Positions 57,019-64,000 of a stretch of DNA of 64,000 nucleotides are shown in pieces. Origin of the DNA: a virus; IMG/VR virus record IMGVR_UViG_3300045999_006495, positions 13,848 to 77,847 of that record; one strand, written 5' to 3'. The first letter of the stretch is position 1, and every line of letters begins with the position of its first letter. The position numbers and the translations under genes were made by a program. The notes under the pieces were generated by a model. That model did not search any database and was not told where the DNA came from. It saw only the letters and a program-made list of their open reading frames with translations.

Positions 57019-57219
57019 ATGTGTAGAGTTTACAGTATTTTTGATAATCAGTTTTACATACGAAAGGATTCACAGGAAAATCCTACCCGTTGGCGATGGG
57101 AAGCTGACGCCTACCCTTACGGTATTCACTTCTCTCCGTGGTACAATATGGACGTTGAACCGACTTTGGAGTTATTTGGAAAGTTTGTTGCTGATTCAGT
57201 AGGGTTTGACCAAACTTAG
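57019..57219 (+). CDS. Small hypothetical protein
   Basis: 66-aa ORF downstream of the promoter. Confidence 0.5.
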   Translation: MCRVYSIFDNQFYIRKDSQENPTRWRWEADAYPYGIHFSPWYNMDVEPTLELFGKFVADSVGFDQT

Positions 57220-57231
57220 TCACTAAGTTTC

Positions 57232-57260
57232 TTGACATTTGATTTTAGGTATGGTATACT
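57232..57260 (+). promoter_or_regulatory. Sigma70-type promoter
   Basis: TTGACA-17 bp-TATACT, TG-extended. Confidence 0.8.
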
Positions 57261-57275
57261 ACTGAAGTAGGTTAA

Positions 57276-57440
57276 GCGTAGTTGCTACTCTCCCGGTAGT
57301 CTTTGCAGTGGTAAAGCGAACATGAATGAGGTCATCGCCAAGACCCAACGTTCATGACTTAAAGAGAGGTTAGTTAGAAGAAGCACCTTGGCTTGGCGAG
57401 CCAAAACGGCTAAGTGGTGAGCTACTACGCAATTCACCAC
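57276..57440 (+). ncRNA. Candidate multi-stem pseudoknotted RNA (5' leader of the BMP gene or independent ncRNA)
   Basis: At least six helices, a 7-bp loop-loop complementarity and a 5'/3' long-range helix (see findings). Confidence 0.65.
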
Positions 57441-57458
57441 GCAAATTAATTAGGAGAA

Positions 57459-58616
57459 ATGATGTTGCGAAAATTTTTGTTGCTTCTGGTAGCTTTGGTG
57501 TTCACTGCTTGTAGCACTGCACCGGCTGAGAAGTCAGTTCCAACTATTGGTATGGTCTTGGTCGGGCCTATCAATGACGGTGGATGGAGTCAAGCCCACT
57601 ACGATGCAATGATGCGTGTAGAAAAGGATGCTGGTATCAAGTTTGTCTATGTTGACAAGGTAAACCCAGCTGACCGACCTAATGTCAAGGTTGAGCAAGT
57701 CATTGAGGAGTTGATTGGTCAAGGGGCTACAATGATTATTACCAACTCAGATGACTTCAAGGATGGTACTCGTAATGCGGCTCTCTCACACCCAGAGGTT
57801 AAGTTTGTTCATGCTTCTGGTGATGACCGTATTACTGGTAAAGCACCAGATAACTTGGGTAATATGATGGGTAAGATGGAATACGGCAAGATGATTGCTG
57901 GTTGTACCGCTGCCCTTAGTACCAAGACTGGTAAGATTGGGTATGTTGGCCCGTTGATTAATGATGAGACTCGTCGTTTGATTAATTCAGCATATCTTGG
58001 GGCTAACTACTGCTGGACTGCTCTTCGTGGGGAAACTAAGCCACTTGAGTTTAATGTAGTTTGGGTAGGCTTCTGGTTTAACATTCCGGGTGTAACTCTT
58101 GACCCAGTAAACATCATCACTGACTTTGTAGCAACTGGTCATGATGTAATTATGGGTGGAATTGATACTCCCGATGTTGCTGTACAAGTAGCCAAGCATA
58201 GAGCTGATGGTAAGGATGTGTATTCACTTCCTTACGACCATCCAGAAGCTTGTGAAAAAGGCCCAGAGGCTTGTTTGGGCGTTCCTTACTTCAACTGGTA
58301 TCCAGAATACATGAAGTTGGCAGAATCCCACAAGTCTGGTACATTTAAGCCTGACTTTGTCTGGTTTGGTCCGGATTGGGACAATTTTGGGAGCATGGAC
58401 ACCAATGGAATTGGTTTTGTAAGAGGAAAAGCATTCACTGAGGATGCCGCCCTTGACCAGTTCATTGAGGTTCTTGCAAAAGGGACTAGCCTTTGGAAAG
58501 GTCCGCTTGAGTATCAAGATGGTTCTATGTTCCTTGAGGCAGGTGTAGTAGCTTCAACTGACCAGATTTGGTATCAAAAGAAGTTGCTTAAGGGTATTAC
58601 TGGTAAGTCTGAATAA
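57459..58616 (+). CDS. BMP-family ABC-transporter substrate-binding lipoprotein
   Basis: Lipobox FTAC, GPINDGGWSQAH, GKIGYVG, WVGFWF, YFNW; SD AGGAG. Confidence 0.88.
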   Translation: MMLRKFLLLLVALVFTACSTAPAEKSVPTIGMVLVGPINDGGWSQAHYDAMMRVEKDAGIKFVYVDKVNPADRPNVKVEQVIEELIGQGATMIITNSDDFKDGTRNAALSHPEVKFVHASGDDRITGKAPDNLGNMMGKMEYGKMIAGCTAALSTKTGKIGYVGPLINDETRRLINSAYLGANYCWTALRGETKPLEFNVVWVGFWFNIPGVTLDPVNIITDFVATGHDVIMGGIDTPDVAVQVAKHRADGKDVYSLPYDHPEACEKGPEACLGVPYFNWYPEYMKLAESHKSGTFKPDFVWFGPDWDNFGSMDTNGIGFVRGKAFTEDAALDQFIEVLAKGTSLWKGPLEYQDGSMFLEAGVVASTDQIWYQKKLLKGITGKSE

Positions 58617-58629
58617 CTTATATACACTT

Positions 58630-58657
58630 TTAGGGGAGGCAGAAATGTCTCCCCTAA
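58630..58657 (+). other. Stable GAAA-tetraloop hairpin (no U-tract)
   Basis: ttaggggaggca-GAAA-tgtctcccctaa. Confidence 0.6.
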
Positions 58658-58664
58658 CGCCATA

Positions 58665-59099
58665 ATGGAGGAAATCTTGGCTACACAAAAAGCACTCATA
58701 GATATGCCAGCTACTGAGCAAGAAGAAAAACCAGTAGAGGAAAAATATAGTACAAAAATTCAAGCCCCTATCTATGAACCAAAAAATCAAAAACCACACA
58801 TTGCTCTTCTCTGTGATGACACTAAAACCAAAGCATTGATTAGAGAAATTGAAGCTTCTAATCTTCCAGAGGAAGAAAAGAAGTTCTTAATTGAGGCAGC
58901 GCACAGACACTCTGTGTTTCATTATGAAAAGATTGCTGACTACTACGCTCATGCAAGTCCAGAGATGCAAGACCTGATGGAAAAGTCAGCTTTGGTTATT
59001 ATTGATTTTCACTCAGCTGTTGAGTATGGTTATGTTAGAGTTTGTACTCTAATCCACGAACAGTACTTACAGGAGCATAACAATGAGCCAGCTTCCTGA
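58665..59099 (+). CDS. Hypothetical protein coupled to the TAGT glycosyltransferase
   Basis: YSTKI..PIYEP, FL..AA.RH..F.YEKIADYYAH, SALVIIDF conserved-looking motifs; function unknown. Confidence 0.65.
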   Translation: MEEILATQKALIDMPATEQEEKPVEEKYSTKIQAPIYEPKNQKPHIALLCDDTKTKALIREIEASNLPEEEKKFLIEAAHRHSVFHYEKIADYYAHASPEMQDLMEKSALVIIDFHSAVEYGYVRVCTLIHEQYLQEHNNEPAS

Positions 59100-59955
59100 C
59101 GATTTTTGTATTTTTATTCTTTCTCATGGTAGACCAGATAATATCTGGACTCTCAAAACACTTAAAAAGGGAAATTACACTGGTAAGCTCTACATTGTAA
59201 TTGACAATGAGGATAAAACAGCTGAAAGATACTATGAAAACTTTGGTAGGGACACAGTTATCATGTTTGACAAGAAAGCTGAGGCTGATGATTGTGATGA
59301 GGGCAACAACTTTGATGAAAGAAGAACAATCACTCACGCCAGAAATGCAACTTTTAAGATAGCAAAACAACTGGGTATCAAATACTTTATGCACCTAGAT
59401 GATGACTTTAAGCAAATGGCCTATAAGGTTATTGATAAAGGAATAGCAAAGCAAAAACCTATCAAGGATCTAAACAGACTCTTTGCTAATCTTCTGGACT
59501 ATTACAAAAGCATTGACGCAGCTTCTATTGCTATTGCTCAAGGTGGTGATTACTTTGGCTTCAGTTCTACAAGTAATAGACCCTACACATTCTCAAAAAG
59601 AAAATGTATGAACAGTTTTATTTGCAGTGTTGATAGACCTTTTAAGTTTATTGGGGCTATGAATGAGGATGTTAATACCTATACCACTTTAGGAAGCCGG
59701 GGGGTTCTATTCTTGACCATTCCTAATGCTGGTTTATGGCAAGCACCTACACAGTCCCAGAGTGGTGGTATCACTGATATGTATAAAAGATTTGGCACTT
59801 ACGCCAAGGCCTTTACAACAGTAATGATGCAACCCAGCAGTGTTAAAATAAGCCTTGTTGGTAGTGCACATCATAGATTGCACCATAAGATTACTTGGAA
59901 ACTTACAGTACCTCAGATACTTAGGGAAAAGCACAAGAAACGTAAGGAAGAGTAA
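59083..59955 (+). CDS. TAGT/GREB1-like glycosyltransferase, third copy
   Basis: ILSHGRP, ARN, LDDD, QGGD, NSF, NEDV, GG.T..Y. Confidence 0.75.
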   Translation: MSQLPDDFCIFILSHGRPDNIWTLKTLKKGNYTGKLYIVIDNEDKTAERYYENFGRDTVIMFDKKAEADDCDEGNNFDERRTITHARNATFKIAKQLGIKYFMHLDDDFKQMAYKVIDKGIAKQKPIKDLNRLFANLLDYYKSIDAASIAIAQGGDYFGFSSTSNRPYTFSKRKCMNSFICSVDRPFKFIGAMNEDVNTYTTLGSRGVLFLTIPNAGLWQAPTQSQSGGITDMYKRFGTYAKAFTTVMMQPSSVKISLVGSAHHRLHHKITWKLTVPQILREKHKKRKEE

Positions 59956-60374
59956 TGACAAAGTTGATTTGTTATTTTGACGGGGGGATGCAACACGGGA
60001 GTTATCTTATCTTTGTGGATAACATCTCCCCAAAGACTATTTTGTATCATCACAAGTTTGACATGGATGGTATTGCCGACAGTAACCAAGCTGAGTTTAC
60101 TATGCTTTTACGCATGCTACGGCGACTACATATTCATTATGCTACACCAGACACAGAACCATTGTCAAACTTGTTTATAGATATTTATGGTGATAATACA
60201 TTAGTACCAAAGATGGTAGGTAAGAGAGTTGATGGTATTTGGAAAGGTGAGCTACACACAAATGCCGACTTTACTTACCTAACAGAGAGAATAAGGGAAA
60301 GGCTGGAAGCCTTTAAGGGATTTCACTATTACACAGTAAAGCGAAAGGAGATAGTGGCTAAACTTGGTCACTAG
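59955..60374 (+). CDS. RNase H-like fold protein
   Basis: YFDGG, SNQAEF, IYGDN acidic triad. Confidence 0.7.
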   Translation: MTKLICYFDGGMQHGSYLIFVDNISPKTILYHHKFDMDGIADSNQAEFTMLLRMLRRLHIHYATPDTEPLSNLFIDIYGDNTLVPKMVGKRVDGIWKGELHTNADFTYLTERIRERLEAFKGFHYYTVKRKEIVAKLGH

Positions 60375-60741
60375 CGTTATGTACATTAGATACCGAGATA
60401 TTCAAGATGAGCATACACAAACAGTGTTTATGGCAAATTGTGCGGTGTTTTTCTACGCAAGCAGGGCAGACAGCCTTTTGTTACCACAAACTACATTTAT
60501 GAATGCTGACATTGTTGAAACGGCATCAATACAGTTCAGGCAGTATAACCTACGGACTATTATGGATGAAGTACACCGAAGAATTACCGCTAATATGTAC
60601 TATGCAGACTTCGAGACAGACCCAGCATTTAAAGACAAAGTAGTCCGTTTGAAAAAGGACATTGACTCTTGTAGCGAGGGTTATTGCTTCGCACAACTAA
60701 GGGATTTACTAACCAATCAACTAGTGGAGGTTTCATGGTAG
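60364..60741 (+). CDS. Hypothetical protein
   Basis: ORF with SD AAGGAG. Confidence 0.6.
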   Translation: MVTSVMYIRYRDIQDEHTQTVFMANCAVFFYASRADSLLLPQTTFMNADIVETASIQFRQYNLRTIMDEVHRRITANMYYADFETDPAFKDKVVRLKKDIDSCSEGYCFAQLRDLLTNQLVEVSW

Positions 60742-61217
60742 ATAAGATAGAACCAGTTATTGAAGAATTAAAGGGTAAGATGTTTACCATTGAGGAGTTC
60801 TTCAAGATTATTGATAAGCACAACGCAATCTTTTTTGTGGTAGAGGATGAGTATACCTACTTCCCTAGCCTATCAGGATATTGTGAGGTTAGGGCTAACA
60901 TAGGTACTACACAGATGTATGAAGTTCGTTTGTGTTGTGACGGTGTTGAGGTCAGTATGTACTCTTGGTCTGTGATTCTTAATCCCCCAATTCTGAAGTT
61001 CCTTAAAATGGATGTTGCTAGAAAACCAGTGCTTGAAGCACTTGCGACTACTCTAGAAGAGGCACTTAGACTAAACAGAGAGCAGAGACCTAAGTATCTG
61101 AATATACTAACAAACAAGGTCAAAGACAAGCTTCGTGTTTATGGTATTATTCATGGAACATATGCTAAGATGGACGGTGCTGGTAAGGTATGGGTAACAG
61201 GGTTGCCAGATGACTAA
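60735..61217 (+). CDS. Hypothetical protein (start re-called at MVDK)
   Basis: SD GGAGG. Confidence 0.65.
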   Translation: MVDKIEPVIEELKGKMFTIEEFFKIIDKHNAIFFVVEDEYTYFPSLSGYCEVRANIGTTQMYEVRLCCDGVEVSMYSWSVILNPPILKFLKMDVARKPVLEALATTLEEALRLNREQRPKYLNILTNKVKDKLRVYGIIHGTYAKMDGAGKVWVTGLPDD

Positions 61218-61473
61218 TCTACATGAGCGTTATGAGTTAATCAGTAGACTATGGCGTATGACTAATTACAGAGAATTTGAGATGGAGAATGTCAGCCTTA
61301 TACATACAGTACTACAAAGAGGACTAAACCTAGAGGGTGATTTTGTTGTGCTAGGGTATGGTTCTACATTTTACCATCCGGAGCTTCATGGGTATATCAC
61401 AGCTGTTGTAAAAAGGGACTTCTCAGAGATGAGAGTTGTTGGTATGGAAATTATTGATGAGGAGGTGAGATGA
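61210..61473 (+). CDS. Hypothetical protein
   Basis: 87-aa coupled ORF. Confidence 0.6.
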   Translation: MTNLHERYELISRLWRMTNYREFEMENVSLIHTVLQRGLNLEGDFVVLGYGSTFYHPELHGYITAVVKRDFSEMRVVGMEIIDEEVR

Positions 61474-61522
61474 CATAAACAAAATTAGATGGAGATTTGT
61501 AATTATCTATTGGGCTATTGCT

Positions 61523-62005
61523 GTGACCATGTTTATTCCTCACAGAGTAGAGTACACATCGTCACCAGTCAATAACACATTAATTCATAATAACATTCAC
61601 CAGATATTACCAAAGATTCAGGACTTCACAATCCAGCCCGGGGAAACTTGGTCGTTCAATAAAGCAGTGGGCCATCCAGACCAGTATAAGTTAGATACAG
61701 TCTATAATGTCTATGGTGGTGGCTGGTGTGATATAGCCTCTAGAATTGCAGAGGTAGCTAGAAAGCAAGGCCTTGACTTAGAATTTCAATTACACTCAAC
61801 ACCATTGATTGGTGTGGAAAGGCAGGACAACGTATCAATATGGAACGAAGATGGCTCAGGAGAGCAAAAGCAAGACTTGAGGATTACAAACACAAAATCC
61901 TACCCTATAACTTTCCGGGTGAGCTCAGAGGAAATGAACTACCAAGTACAATCATTCTACTCTCGGCCATTGTTCTTGCGTGCTTCTCTTTTTACTATGC
62001 CCTAA
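61523..62005 (+). CDS. VanW-like protein
   Basis: IQPGETWSFN..VG, GGGWCDIAS, HS, DLRITN. Confidence 0.7.
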   Translation: MTMFIPHRVEYTSSPVNNTLIHNNIHQILPKIQDFTIQPGETWSFNKAVGHPDQYKLDTVYNVYGGGWCDIASRIAEVARKQGLDLEFQLHSTPLIGVERQDNVSIWNEDGSGEQKQDLRITNTKSYPITFRVSSEEMNYQVQSFYSRPLFLRASLFTMP

Positions 62006-62206
62006 TTTATGATTGGATTCCAGACCTTTTAGATAATCCAATCTTTCTCTTGGCTATTCCTATGTGTTTTTGGAAGTACACTTGGTCTGGGGCGGCTATC
62101 CTTATTTTGCTAGATAATACTAACTTCTTCCCCGCCGAGGTTACACTTATCTTTTCTATCGCCTATATCTATGAAATACACAGTGCGCTGTTGAGGGGAG
62201 TTGTCT

Positions 62207-62467
62207 ATGAAACTAGTGAACAAGTTTGATGAAGAGGTACCGCCGTTGAACCTCATTACGGTTAGACTCAAGCTGAAAGAATGGCCAGAGTTTGCCAAGA
62301 TACACAAGCTAATTAGAGAAATTGAGGCCCACACTGGGTCACCTGCCTTTACCATCAATGACTCAACCATGTTCTTGATTCAAGTGCATGTCCAGAGTGT
62401 CAAGCAAGAGTTCTGGAAAGCCATTGAGAATGCTGAGGTCTTCGTTGTAGACATGAGAAAGCTGTAA
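62207..62467 (+). CDS. Hypothetical protein
   Basis: SD GGGGAG, followed by a terminator. Confidence 0.6.
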   Translation: MKLVNKFDEEVPPLNLITVRLKLKEWPEFAKIHKLIREIEAHTGSPAFTINDSTMFLIQVHVQSVKQEFWKAIENAEVFVVDMRKL

Positions 62468-62474
62468 TTTCGTT

Positions 62475-62508
62475 GTTCCCCTAGGGTAACCTAGGGGGAC
62501 TTTTTTTT
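62475..62508 (+). terminator. Intrinsic terminator
   Basis: gttcccctagg-GTAA-cctagggggac plus T8. Confidence 0.85.
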
Positions 62509-62838
62509 ATACCCGAAAACCAATCGGACCTTTCGTAATTTTTGTGAGGATGAGTGTCGCCTAGGAGGGGCTGGGATGCCCCTGTTTTTATCCCCCCTAT
62601 AGGTAGGTAGCCCAAAAAAATTACAGGCATACTGTGGGCAATCGTAGGGGCATCCATGACTATTTCAGTATACTACTTGACCCTATTTTTAGGGTGTATG
62701 CTTTTGGTGGATCTTTGGGGGGGTCAAAAGGGGGCAAAATTGCCCCCCAAAAGCTATTGTATTGACCCTATTTTGTGTTAATATACAGATGGTAGTTTTA
62801 GCCTGACCCCTCGGGGTCAACATGCAAGGAGTAGGGCA

Positions 62839-63513
62839 ATGGGCAAGTCAGTAGTGATATTGATCCCTAACATGGTCAAGTCACAAAAGAAAATCACAGG
62901 GTTCACTATTGTGAATAACCTGTACAAAATCACCACGTCAGCAACGTCAAAGGATCTGCGTGACCTGAGGAACGTCAAGTCAGAACACTACAATGCACAA
63001 TGGTGTTTTTGGGTCTCTGTGTTACAACACAACACAGAAAAGCACACAGTAATTGATGGGGTCAAGTATGCACTAGGGGGTGTATATAGTGGCAAAGAGA
63101 CCCCCCACGTCAGTATTGAGGAGGTTATAGATCCTGAGACTTGCCCCACACGCCTAAAAGGTATTGAGTATCACCCCCAAAGCAAGGGGCGTGTATGTGG
63201 TGTATGTGGTGAGAAAATAGGGGCAAAAGTCAAGTATAAAGCTATTGACCCCAAAGTCAAGGGCAAGGGCAAGGGCAAGGGGCTCCCCACCCTTAATCAA
63301 AGTCATGGCGTCCCGGCTATTTTGGGGGGATCTGCTACAATCAATAATCTTGTTGTGGAGTGTGCATATTGCAATAAAGCTAGATCCATGTTTTTTGACC
63401 CCAAAGTCAGGCAATGGTTGAAGAAAATCAAGTTCGACCTGTATGAATTGCCCCAAAAGGGCAAGGGGTCAAAAGGGGTCAAGGGCAAGGGCAAGGGCAA
63501 GGGGTCAAAGTAG
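62839..63513 (+). CDS. HNH endonuclease-like protein with Lys-Gly repeats
   Basis: CGVC...H..P...GG....NL...CAYCN; SD AAGGAG. Confidence 0.7.
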   Translation: MGKSVVILIPNMVKSQKKITGFTIVNNLYKITTSATSKDLRDLRNVKSEHYNAQWCFWVSVLQHNTEKHTVIDGVKYALGGVYSGKETPHVSIEEVIDPETCPTRLKGIEYHPQSKGRVCGVCGEKIGAKVKYKAIDPKVKGKGKGKGLPTLNQSHGVPAILGGSATINNLVVECAYCNKARSMFFDPKVRQWLKKIKFDLYELPQKGKGSKGVKGKGKGKGSK

Positions 63514-63593
63514 GGATCAATAGCACAGGGGTCAAGCAGGGGGGCAAGTGCCCCCCACCCCTAAAAGCTATGATTATATAAGGAGCTAGGATC

Positions 63594-63878
63594 ATGCAAA
63601 AGTTTGTTGTAATCTACATTGTGATGCTGGGTGGGGTCGAGCACTTGTTTGTCAAGGGGGTGGGGTCAATTGCCGAAGCTAGTGACTTGACAAACAAGTT
63701 GCAACTTGATGGCGTGGTTATGCAGGGGCAGGTGTTGGATGTGTACCACATTGTGACTTACATGCAGGGGGTCAATTATTCACAATGTGTTAATTCATCA
63801 TGCATCAATGATACATACAAACAGGTTATGTTTCATACTGCCGAGGCATACTTTGGAGTGACATACCGCCGAGTATAA
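63594..63878 (+). CDS. Hypothetical protein
   Basis: SD AAGGAG, followed by a terminator. Confidence 0.6.
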   Translation: MQKFVVIYIVMLGGVEHLFVKGVGSIAEASDLTNKLQLDGVVMQGQVLDVYHIVTYMQGVNYSQCVNSSCINDTYKQVMFHTAEAYFGVTYRRV

Positions 63879-63885
63879 AAGTCAC

Positions 63886-63930
63886 TTGCCCCCCTTGACC
63901 CTATAGGGTCAGGGGGGGTCAATTTATTTT
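63886..63930 (+). terminator. Hairpin/terminator built from TGACCC/GGGTCA motifs
   Basis: cccccttgaccc-TATA-gggtcagggggg followed by tttatttt. Confidence 0.65.
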
Positions 63931-63940
63931 ACAGATCCCT

Positions 63941-64000
63941 TGACCCTTTGACCCTTTGACCCCTTGACCCCTTGACCCCTTGACCCTTTGACCCTTTGAC
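63941..64000 (+). repeat. Tandem 8-mer TGACCCYT, 7.5 copies, running off the window edge
   Basis: Read directly from the sequence. Confidence 0.95.

Noticed and set aside
56909-57202. 97-aa plus-strand ORF
   Set aside because: It spans the methylase stop and a promoter; the 57019..57219 frame fits better.
59955-60374. Reverse transcriptase, retron or DGR
   Set aside because: Only an RNase H-like fold; I saw no RT polymerase domain or template/variable repeat pair in the window.
61840-62229. 129-aa hydrophobic ORF
   Set aside because: The 5' half overlaps the VanW-like gene and I could not fix a start; the 3' part may be a real small membrane protein but is not supportable as called.
1-64000. 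Prophage/integration module or alternative genetic code
   Set aside because: No integrase, repressor cassette or host genes were recognised; long ORFs are intact under the standard code with TAA, TAG and TGA all used as stops.

Overview
This window is most of a tailed dsDNA bacteriophage genome, AT-rich and probably a siphovirus: it has an 1830-aa tape measure, a tail tube and no recognisable sheath. No integrase is seen here. The genes form two divergent arms around ~46 kb. The minus arm (45.9 kb to 0.6 kb) carries the head/tail operon, then the replication genes (SSB, primase, DnaB, resolvase, PolA, RecA, exonuclease), then accessory genes (cell-wall hydrolases, a TROVE/Ro60-like VWA protein, two tRNAs, ThyX, glycosyl- and methyltransferases, a pyrimidine-dimer glycosylase). 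The plus arm (46.2 to 63.9 kb) carries DUF1599-like, MazG, class II RNR, intein-containing terminase, portal, lysis genes, a DNA methylase, a BMP lipoprotein, a third TAGT-type glycosyltransferase, and VanW-like and HNH genes. It ends in a GGGTCAA-rich region with a tandem repeat. The best candidate for a new system is at 8.1-10.3 kb. Four ~55-nt hairpin RNAs with covarying terminal stems and an invariant unpaired UWCAGCA motif lie directly upstream of a TROVE/DUF2828-like VWA gene. Two of them start exactly at the predicted +1 of their own consensus promoter, and two tRNAs follow downstream. This resembles a non-canonical Ro60/Y-RNA ribonucleoprotein locus. Other highlights are a ~165-nt pseudoknotted RNA in the BMP gene leader and a 34-bp element repeated in front of both late operons. 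All family assignments come from motif recognition by eye, not from database searches.
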